NCBI GenBank assembly: GCA_012295275.1
Contig: CM022676.1
Location: 7,316,001 to 7,380,000 of the forward strand
Direction: 5' to 3'
DNA length: 64,000 nt
Origin: Chrysomallon squamiferum
Lineage: Eukaryota > Animalia > Mollusca
Made by a program: the position numbers and the translations under genes. The notes below the pieces were generated by a model that did not search any database, was not told where the DNA came from, and saw only the letters and a list, made by a program, of their open reading frames with translations. Position 1 is the stretch's first letter. Each line of letters starts with the position of its first letter. Below are positions 38,772 to 49,796 of the stretch, in pieces.

Positions 38772-41468
38772 ATGCACGTAAGTTTATTGTAATTTCTCGA
38801 AGAAAGAAAGTAGACATTTAGATTCTTCATCTTCTTCTTCTTCTTCTTCTTCTTATTATTATTATTATTTATGTAGTTATATGTTATTTTATATTGTTTT
38901 AAATCTTACTACTACTACGTTTAATTTATTTTATTGCTATTATTACTATTATTATTTTTATTATTAATTATGTTGTTATTGTTATATTTATTATTATTAT
39001 TAATGTAGTTATGTTATTTTATATTATTGTCATTTTAAATTTCACTACAACTACTAATACTAATACTAATGTTGTTCTCGTTGTGCGTAGTTGCATGCAC
39101 TGTAAAAGTGTTCTCGGTTTGAATACTTATTAGCCCATCAAAAACAACGAACAGCAATAAGCATTCATCATCATCATCATTTATTTATTTATTTATTTAT
39201 TATTTTCTTTTGCAGACCTATTTGTACGTTGCTCTGGTTGCTTTCTTTTCTTGTTCTGCGTGGATAGATGGACGTAGCTTAGTCTTCAACAACGGCGGCA
39301 ACGATGCCTTATGGAGAGCAGCTGGATTAGGAGGAGGAGTCGTTGGACATCCAGCTGGATCAGGCCTTGTAGATCCAGGTGTTGCAGGAGGACACTTTGT
39401 AGGAGGCAATGATCCACTTTGGAGGGCTGCTGGATTAGGAGGAGGAGTCGTTGGACACGGTGTTGGAACGGCACATCCAGTTGGAACAGGACTTGTACAT
39501 CCAGGTGTTGCAGGAGGACACTTTGTAGGAGGCAATGATCCACTTTGGAGGGCTGCTGGATTAGGAGGAGGAGTCGTTGGCGGTGTTGGAACGGCACATC
39601 CAGTTGGAACAGGACTTGTACATCCAGGTGTTGCAGGAGGACACTTTGTAGGAGGCAATGATCCACTTTGGAGGGCTTCTGGATTAGGAGGCGCTGTTGG
39701 AACGACATATCCAGTTGGAACAGGACTTGTACATCCAGGTGTTGCAGGAGGACATTTTGTAGGAGGCAATGATCCACTTTGGAGGTCTGCTGGATTGGGA
39801 GCAGGAGTCGTTGGACATGCTGTTGGAACGAGATATCCAGCTGGAACAGGACTTGTAGATCCAGGCGTTGCAGGAGGACATTTTGTAGGAGGCAATGATC
39901 CACTTTGGAGGGCTGCTGGATTGGGAGCAGGAGTCGTTGGACATGGTGTTGGAACGACACATCCAGTTGGAACAGGACTCGTAGATCCAGGTGTTGCAGG
40001 AGGACACTTTGTAGGAGGCCATGATCCACTTTGGAGGGCTGCTGGATTAGGAGGCACTGTTGGAACGGCACATGCAGCTGGAACAGTTTTAGGTGGAGTT
40101 TTAAATCAGAATGATCCGCTCTGGAGAGGTGAGAATGTTGTTATTTAAAACATTAAAATAATAATAATAATAAGAAGAAGAACAACAACAACAACAATAA
40201 TATAGCAGAGATGGAACGTAAATTTTCATCAAGCGTTATAAGTATTTTGGTTTTTTTTTCAGTACACTGTGCATAAATACTCGATTTTGCTCCCATAGAA
40301 CACACACACACACACACACACACATTTGACGCATTCACGCACATATTCGCATATAATCATGGTAGAAGACATTTCAAGACTTGAAACAAACGTCTTTGTT
40401 CTTAACATCTATGAAGTAGATAATCAAAATGGCCGCGGCGCACAGTAAACTGGGATAGTCACTGAAACCTGTGACGTCATTGAAAGTAAGAAATACGTAT
40501 CTGCTGCAGTGTAAATGACAATAATGCTTACACAGCAAGTGTTAAAATATACTGCACTAATTCATAATGTAGACAATAAAAAAAACTTTTCTGAAAAAGA
40601 ACCTAATTTAAAACATGACTTGAAAAACATATTATTAACACTTTGAATTTCTTGTAAGTTGAAAATATGACGTATCATAGCTATGCTCTAACCACTCGAA
40701 ATATTGATAAACCTTTTCGGAACCGTTGGCGAGAAATCACAACATAACGCTCTGGCTAGATGGCGCTGTGCAAGAAATACCGTAATACGTCATTGTTTTA
40801 TGGGTTTTCTATACAGTAGGGATAAAAACTGTGTTATTACCATCTAAAAAAAAAAAAAAAAAAATAATAATAAACAAAAATAAAAATAAAATATTAAAAG
40901 AACGAAGTACTAATTATTGGGTTAAAAATGTTGTGTGTTTTGTAGATGCAGAATTATAATTTTTTTTTTTTTTTTTTTATTGAAAATCGAAAGCAATAAT
41001 AACGGCAGTTTGTCTCGTGTATTCTGTTTTTCTTTACTGCAAGCTTTTCTAATCAGGAACGTCCGTGGTCCACACCTGATAGAGACACAGGAGCGTATCT
41101 GAGGAAAACAGTGCCTGTGACAAGTACTGGAATTGAGCTCCTTGTCCAAACCATCTTTCAAATAACTTTACCATAAAATCAGGTTTAACCCTCACCCCCA
41201 AAAAAACAATAAAAAAACAACAACAACAAGAACCCAAAAACAAATAGCCCCCCTTCTCGAAAAAAAGAAAGAAAAGGAAACGAACCAGTAAAGTTTGAAA
41301 GTAAGTGCTACGTGGCACCCTCTTCCCCCTTCAACCATCGCCCGGGGCACATTTTTTTTTTTTTGCCTCACCTTATGTATGCCACAGTGCAGATACGATG
41401 ATTGTAAGTTTAAAAAAAAAAAGATAAGAAAAAAATAAAATAATATACATATATAAAACAATATATAA

Positions 41469-41529
<61 letters not shown>

Positions 41530-42033
41530 GACAAACGTTTCTTCTTGAGGATATAATTACCATAGTTACATAACCGTTGTTTTACTGTTTCATTTCGACC
41601 AAATAGTTTGGCTTTTTAAAACTGTTATTAAATATTATTAAATATAAGTTAGTATTGATTAAAAATATAGTTTCTGTATTTTATCATTCCTATTTATAAA
41701 ACTAACTATCTAACTAACTAAATAAATAAAAATAAATAAATAAATAAATATATAAACAACTGCATAGTTATACACATGTTACTAAATATTTTTTATTTTA
41801 ACATGAAACCGGGGCAGTGCAAGGACCTTATTTGCGGATATCTTATTTGAAAAATACATTTACCGCAGAATTTCTTCATATTTAAGTTGATTTTTTTTTT
41901 TTTCAACTTATCTAGCCATTTTCTTAATTGAGGATTTACAGATTATAAAAAAGTGTGTTTACTTGTTTGACTAATTAATTAATTAATTATTTAATTTGTT
42001 GTAGGTGCCCGTCTTGGACTAGGAAATCACTGA
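38772..42033 (+). CDS. Secreted Gly/Val/Ala/His-rich tandem-repeat protein (NDPLWR repeats), function unknown
   Basis: Exon 1 38772-38777 (ATG CAC|GTAAGT). Exon 2 39216-40128: signal peptide TYLYVALVAFFSCSAWIDG plus six 36-42 aa repeats GGNDPLWRAAGLGGGVVGHGVGTAHPVGTGLVHPGVAGGHFV, donor AG|GTGAGA. Probable exon 3 42005-42033 (GARLGLGNH*), followed by AATAAA at ~42075. Confidence 0.8.
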
Positions 42034-42148
42034 GAAGTAATTATAATCATTTCTGTATGATTTTGTGTTTTGAAAATAAAGGAGCTGTTCATAATTTATC
42101 ATTCTTATGTTATTATTTATTTATTACAGATTAAACAGTGCATTAAGC

Positions 42149-42151
<3 letters not shown>

Positions 42152-42231
<80 letters not shown>
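42152..42231. repeat. (AG)n microsatellite
   Basis: Direct inspection. Confidence 0.95.
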
Positions 42232-42236
<5 letters not shown>

Positions 42237-42708
42237 TGAAATAAAGAAATACTTTTATTTTGTAGTATTTTATATACAAACAGTATTCAGCATAAGAAGA
42301 AATTGTATATTTATCAACATCATATAGAGACATAGATCCACCTAAATTTATAAATTAGAGAAAAGATAATAATAATAAAAAAGAAGTAATAATAATAATA
42401 AAAACAAATAAAGCAGTGGCAAAACAAAGCATCAAATGGACAAATAAATAAATATGTAAAAAATAAGGAAACAAACGACCAAACAACCGAACAGACAACA
42501 AACAGACAAACAGAAGATAAAAGAATGAAAGAAACAAACCTCTATTATTATCAATAGCTTTAATGCCGATTTTGAAAAGGATAAAAATATAACAGAACTA
42601 AAACTTAAATTCAATATTATGTTCTAGAATTTTCGCTTTGTCTTTTGAAATAATACTTTCTTGGTTTTGTAGATATATTTTTACACACTTCACTTAGTTG
42701 ACAAGTAA

Positions 42709-43013
42709 TTAGCATTTCCAAGGGCCAAAATTGTTAAGATCGGCATTCTTCGTAGGTTCTCGGATCCACTGCAAAGCCTGTTCCGCGGTAATAATCCACG
42801 TATCCTGGAAACCAGCAAAGGGCGATAACTATAAGCAAATATCTTTTAAATTTTGTTTGAAGTGGTGTGTATGTGTGTTCTGAGCGTGCGTGCTAGTGAA
42901 CAGGGGCGTAGCCAGGTTTTAAATTTAAAGGTAGCGAGAAAAAAAAAAAAACTAAGGCTCCATGACAAGTATCGAATATCTTTTAAACTCATTATACATT
43001 CTTATTGTGTATT

Positions 43014-43059
<46 letters not shown>

Positions 43060-43343
43060 ATAAAAATAAAAAACATAAAATAATAAATATAAAAAGAAAT
43101 AATAATAAAAAGGAAAAAATCATAATAAAAAACATGGATGTTATTTTATTGTAATATTAAACGTGAAATGAAAACAAAACAAAGCAAGGTGGTGTAAAAT
43201 GTTTGATGCGGTCTCACTTGTCTAGACTTCATTCCAGAAATATTTGTCAGTTTGTTATAATCCACGTCGGTAACCGATTCTCTTTCAGTGGAGTAAAACG
43301 ATAAACCAGTCTACACTCGCACATCACTGGGCAAACACAGGTA

Positions 43344-43379
<36 letters not shown>

Positions 43380-43417
43380 ATAATAATAATGATAATAATA
43401 ATAATAACAACAACGAC

Positions 43418-43449
<32 letters not shown>

Positions 43450-43485
43450 TGATGATGATGATACTAAATAAATAAATAAATAAAT

Positions 43486-43540
<55 letters not shown>

Positions 43541-43728
43541 AAGAGAGAGAGAGAGTACACAACCGACGTAAATATTACAGACCTCAAAAGCTGCCCTCAC
43601 AAACTCCAAAAACTGAGTAATTCCTAACAGCTTGTAGTCAGTTCTAACAAAATCCGCCGTGACGACAATCACAAACGGAGTTTTCTTGCCTTCATAATGT
43701 TTGATAAAACTGAAACAAAGAAGAAAAA

Positions 43729-43759
<31 letters not shown>

Positions 43760-43763
43760 AGTT

Positions 43764-43799
<36 letters not shown>

Positions 43800-44092
43800 A
43801 ATTAGAATTAAAAGGATTATCATCAACAGGGTTAAAAAAAAACAACAGCAGCAGCAGCAACAGTGGTCACTACATTGCAACAATGACAATAAAACCACAG
43901 CATCAGTAGTGACAGCGCCGACAACTACATTACAACACTGACAACAAAACAAGCACCATCACACATTACCACAACATTATCATAGCAGCATAGCAGCAGC
44001 AGCAGCAGCACTACTACTACTACAACAACATCACCATAACAATCACCACTATACTACTGCTGCTACTACTGCCACTGCTACTGTTCCTGCTG

Positions 44093-44131
<39 letters not shown>

Positions 44132-44690
44132 ATAATAATAATAATAATAATAATAATCATGATTATGGTAATGAAGACGATGAGTACAAAGACAATCTTG
44201 ATAAAGCAAACTAAAAAACAACAACAACAAAAAACGCCTCTACAACATCAACGACAGCCTCTGCGCATGGACGTACTTCTCAAATAACATATCAAAGGTG
44301 TCTCGCTCAGTCCGAACGTTAGTACATCCTTGGGGAACTGCGCATTTCATTCCCTTATAGTTCATTTCCGGTATCAAAAACTGCCATTTTCCTGTAAAAG
44401 AAGATCAAATTTTTTTACTACTACTACTACTACTACTACTACTAATAATAATAATAATAATAAGCGATGTATATAATAATATTCATTAAAGATAAAATTA
44501 GCTGTTTAGCAGCAAAAGATTTTTAAAATATGTACCTTCCCCTTGTGTTTTGCCTAGTTTCGTAAGCAATTACAGGTTACTGCCTGTATCAGGAAAGAGC
44601 ATAAAGGATGCAATGAAGATAATATATTTACGCAGAAATAACAATTTACATTATTGCTGGAATGTTATGATGTTATTATAGTTATTAACG

Positions 44691-44780
<90 letters not shown>

Positions 44781-45358
44781 TTCATAAACAGAGGTAGGTG
44801 GAGCAAGAAGGAAAAGAAGAAGAAAGAAAAGACGAAGAAGAAGAAGAAGAAGAAAAAATAATAATGAAAAAAAAAATGATGATTTAAGATAAAAACAGCA
44901 ATTATACACACACACACCCGCAAATGGTGTAGATAATGTCGTTCCTATGTTGCACTGAGGTAGGTCGTCAACGTAATCGTAAGTGTACGGCCATTTTAGA
45001 TTTTCCTTCATTGTAAATTGCGACGTTATACAGGAAGCATCATAGTCCAGTCCGTTGTCCCCCATAGCAATGAACTCGTCCAAACCACCGACAGCCAGAG
45101 TTGGCGCCCTTATTCCTTTTATTTCTCCGGATTTTATACCTACGTCCATCAGTCTCTCCTTGACGTCTGTAAACATTAACAAACGTCAGTGACAACAGCA
45201 TCGGCAATAACGATGATTTTAATTATAGTGATGGTTGGTGAAGATAATAATGATAATGATAATAAAAATGTTAATAATAAAAATAATGATAATGATGATG
45301 ATGATAATAATAATGATGATGATAATTTAGGTGATGGATGGTGATAATAATGATGACG

Positions 45359-45399
<41 letters not shown>

Positions 45400-46639
45400 C
45401 ATAATAATGATAAATAGAACAAATAAATAACTACTACTATTACTTCTAAATAAACAAACAAATATATACAGAAAGAAAGAAAGAAAAAAACAAACATAAA
45501 TAAATAACATAAATAAACAAACAATCGTCAAACAAACAATCGTCAAACAAACAAAGAAGCAAATAAATAAGTACATTTAGATAAATAAACGGATAGATAG
45601 AGAGATACATATAGTAAAATAAAAATAAAATAAATATGAAAGTAAGTGAATAAATAAACCAACCAGCCAACCAACCAACCAACAAACAAACAAGCAAGCA
45701 ATAAATAAATAAATAAATTTACAAACAAATAAACAAATATAAAATAAATAAAATTAAAAAAAAAAAATGTCTAACATTTTATAAGATATCTCCAGTCTTC
45801 TCCTGTCTGAGGGACGCTGCCGTTGACGGAGCCTACACCGAACTCGTGACCATCGTTGTGCAGGGAGTTGACGTAGAAGTAGTCAGAGCCTTCGTGCCTC
45901 AAGAAAAACGTGCCTCTTGGCGGACAGCCGTTGGGGTTGCTCTGTTTGAACATCGATCGGTACTCTTCGGCATTTTCTTCATTAACGACGTCTTCAAACG
46001 TGACAAGAACCATTTGTGGCGTGTCAGTCCGACTGAGCCGTCCTGGAATGCAATTTCAAGATGGGGTGCGGACGGAAGGTCAATTAACTAAAACGGTATC
46101 AATCAATGGCTAAATAATTATACAGTTAATATTTTATTTTTTTTTTTTTTTGTGGGGGGACAACCTGTTATTGTTAATCAGTACGGCAATAAAATAAAGT
46201 ATGTGAACGACGACATCTTTATCCGTTCACAACGTGGTTTCATCGCAGTCCGATAGCTGAAATTTATTTATATATTTATTTATTTATTTTGTTTTCTGAT
46301 ATCGCTAAAGAAATTTTAGCTGCACAAGTTAAACTTCGTTGTTAATTACGATTGAGTGTCAGACAACAAGTAAAACTTCTGTATATATCCATAATAATTA
46401 TAATAATTTAAAGAATTAAATTTTGTTCCTGTGCCCAAAATGGCACTTTAAAAGAATACAGTGAACGATTTAATCGAGCAGTGACGTCAGTAATATCCAC
46501 AAAGTTTATTGTATAAATCGCTTGAAAATCTTTAACTTCTGAAAATAGTTGAAAAATGGAAGTAATTTTATTATTATTATCACTTATTATTATTATCATC
46601 ATGAGCATTATTTTTATTTTTATTATAAATGTTGCTGTT

Positions 46640-46706
<67 letters not shown>

Positions 46707-46798
46707 TCTAAATAGTCATATATAAATATCATTTTAATTTTTTTTAATTTTTTTATTTATTTAGGAATAAGTAACAGCAATTAAACCCCTTGACTACC

Positions 46799-46839
<41 letters not shown>

Positions 46840-47005
46840 TAGCCAGTACGATCTATTATGAATTACAGAACATTTTATTAATACCTGGAATATTCTTGTC
46901 ACCCGCACAACGACACGCTGGTAATTTGCAGTTTGATTCTGGAACACAGGACTCGCCATTTGCAACAGCAATGACAACGACAGCGAAAAGAAGACGATCA
47001 AACAT
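42709..47005 (-). CDS. Secreted chitin deacetylase-like protein (CE4/NodB fold), 6 exons, 324 aa, catalytic residues substituted
   Basis: Exons 46885-47005, 45776-46042, 44918-45166, 44277-44391, 43583-43709, 42709-42804. Signal MFDRLLFAVVVIAVANG, then NCKLPACRC..IPG, TPQMVLVTFED, NPNGCP..GTFF, GHE, GIRAP, WPYTYD, DTWIIT..QALQWIREP..PWKC, which is the metazoan CDA signature set. Confidence 0.88.
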
Positions 47006-47269
47006 TATTTTTGTTAAAAAAGAATTTCACAAAGCTCTGTCCAGTAAGCAAAATGAGTTAGATAAATAAATTCAGACCTGTAGATGATCTTGGATCCAAC
47101 TGTAGAGGTCGGGAATCGTCAGGTGTCTGTTATCTTTTAATGTTATCTCTGTCAATATTAAAATAAGTATTTTGAAGATAAAAGTATACGTCTAATTGTA
47201 TGCAGGAAGATATTGTCACATCATCAACAACAACAACAATATCTATAATAATATAATAATAATAACAAT

Positions 47270-47345
<76 letters not shown>

Positions 47346-47424
47346 TAAAACGGTGGTAGTGGATTGCCAAATTATTATTCATTTGCCAAATAACAATATA
47401 CTAAAGGAAAATATACAAATAATA

Positions 47425-47458
<34 letters not shown>

Positions 47459-47461
47459 ATA

Positions 47462-47533
47462 GGGCTCGTCCGGGATTCGAACCCGAGACCTCTCGCACCC
47501 AAAGCGAGAATCATACCCCTAGACCAACGAGCC
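47462..47533 (-). tRNA. tRNA-Pro(TGG)
   Basis: Intact cloverleaf, A/B boxes, downstream oligo-T on the minus strand. Confidence 0.95.
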
Positions 47534-47804
47534 TGCCTGTTGAATGTGTCCTCATAATTATCGTTAAATAAGAAAATGTTCTAGATGGTACATAAACGGT
47601 GTTTTAGGAATGTTTCTTATCAATTACTAAATTGTGTTTAAAATTAAATACGCAGACTTAAATATAAATGTGTGCTGTTACCGTTATTTCGCAGTTAACC
47701 ATGGCTGATTCAACCAACAAACCAAACCCAACCAAACCCACAAACAAATCGGACAGTTACTGCAACTCGAGTTTATGCTTATTTCAGTCTTTTCGTTAGG
47801 GTAC

Positions 47805-47876
47805 GGCTTGTTGGTCTAGGGGTATGATTCTCGCTTAGGGTGCGAGAGGTCCCGGGTTCGAATCCCGGACAAGCCC
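47805..47876 (+). tRNA. tRNA-Pro(AGG)
   Basis: GGCTTGTTGGTCTAGGGGTATGATTCTCGCTTAGGGTGCGAGAGGTCCCGGGTTCGAATCCCGGACAAGCCC, then TTTT at 47881. Confidence 0.96.
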
Positions 47877-47980
47877 CAAATTTTGCTTAAATATACATTA
47901 AATCTTTATATATAATTCTAGAACAACGACACACACGAAAATAAACATAAACATATATATTATTATATATATATATTACG

Positions 47981-48021
<41 letters not shown>

Positions 48022-48202
48022 TAATTCAAAGTAAATTGAAACTATCATTATAAACTTACTTATTTATATTCAGTTTTGTACGTAATAAATGTTTGATTAA
48101 CTCCGTATTTCTGGCATTCGTACACGTGGACACGTGTTTATTATAGTCATTCATTCATTAACGTAAATGAAATGTTCTGAAAATAGAGGATAGTAAATGA
48201 CT

Positions 48203-48274
48203 GGCTTGTTGGTCTAGGGGTATGATTCTCGCTTCGGGTGCGAGAGGTCCCGGGTTCGAATCCCGGACAAGCCC
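48203..48274 (+). tRNA. tRNA-Pro(CGG)
   Basis: Identical to the AGG copy except at the anticodon (CTTCGGGT); long T-run terminator. Confidence 0.96.
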
Positions 48275-48353
48275 GATCTATTATTTTTTTTTTTTTTTTT
48301 TTTCTTTTTTTAAATATATTTCCTTATAAATTGTATTCTTCCTATTATTTTCA

Positions 48354-48453
<100 letters not shown>

Positions 48454-48731
48454 CTATTATACTATTACTCTACTCTTTACAAAAATGTTAATTTTAATTT
48501 TTATTTTGTTCTGTATCGTAATTTTAAGAACTATAATAATGATTACTACACAAAAAAATAAAACATAACAGTGAATAATAACCTTCAGTTATGGAAATAG
48601 GTTTTTATAAACTAGGAGTACTCTATGTCCTCGAGACAGGAGTTCGAGTGAACGAAGCAGACATTATCTCCGTTAAAAATGCTTTGTAATCTGAATATGC
48701 AGTTTTCTGTTTGGTTTAGATAATAATAATA

Positions 48732-48765
<34 letters not shown>

Positions 48766-49016
48766 TAAAAAAATTAAAACTATCCATTTATCTACGGGCC
48801 CATTTTAACTATTTCTAATTCAAGTAGATCGTTCAAAAACGCCAGCCATCTTTAAGTTTTAGCTGAACAAAGAAGAATCGCTTTACGCAAAATGATAAAT
48901 AAAATTCATCTCGAGCGCGCTGGAAGCAGATTAAGCATGCGCACAGTGAAACCATGTCAGTTTCATTCATCTTGAAACGTCACGAAGCGCGCGCTTTCGG
49001 CGTGAATTTGTTACAA

Positions 49017-49052
<36 letters not shown>

Positions 49053-49418
49053 GGCGAAAACTGTTCCTTTAGTTAAGGAAATCGGTGACATCTTTAGTAA
49101 ACTTATCAGTACAACTGATCAATAAATATTTTCTGTTTTTTTTTTTTTTTATTTATTATTTATGGTTATTTTATATTGTTTATTTATTTATATTGTCAAA
49201 AATTTATTTATTTATTTATTTATTTATTTATTATTTATTTATTTATTTATTTTTGTGTTAGATTTTTCAACTTTATAAATATAGCCTATTTGTATTTGTG
49301 TGAGTCAGAGTTAGAGGAGGAAATTAGATAGTCAACTAATTACGTATGTCTCACATTTATTAACAGCATTTTATTAAAAGTATTTCAGGGGTAAAAAAAG
49401 AAGAAGAAAATAAAATAA

Positions 49419-49462
<44 letters not shown>

Positions 49463-49747
49463 GAAGAAAAAAAAAACAGAAAGAAGGAAAAAGAACGGTC
49501 GACAGAATTGGCGTTTTTAAGTCTGTGCCAGCCGTAAAGGTCAACAGAGGTCGCATATACTACTACGTCATTTGAACCACGGTTTTTCTTCCTTGTTTCA
49601 TTATTAAGAATGCGCACGTACACTTACTCATACAATACACACACACATACACACACACACACACACAAATATGCCGACACATACATATATACCGAATATT
49701 GTGTATGTACATAAGACAGAGAATATTCAAACAGCTAAACTACATAA

Positions 49748-49796
<49 letters not shown>

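Noticed and set aside
39218-40071. Pro/Thr/Cys-rich and Gln/Leu-rich antisense ORFs
   Set aside because: Consequences of a stop-free tandem repeat. Only the plus frame has a signal peptide, TATA box and splice signals.
39290-40130. Classical neuropeptide (LWamide-type) precursor interpretation
   Set aside because: No dibasic KR/RR sites and no Gly-basic amidation signal after LW; spacers are hydrophobic rather than acidic. Kept only as a minor alternative.
41000-41390. Complex-sequence patch with short minus-strand ORFs (LKDGLDKEL..., FERWFGQG...)
   Set aside because: No convincing splice partners or domain; probably a decayed transposon fragment that I cannot classify.
42901-42940. CAGGGGCGTAGCCAGG, similar to a common DNA-transposon terminus
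   Set aside because: No matching opposite terminus or TSD found nearby.
43250-43275. TWIIT match to the start of CDA exon 6 inside intron 5
   Set aside because: Only ~13 nt of similarity, no acceptor AG and an immediate stop; could be chance.
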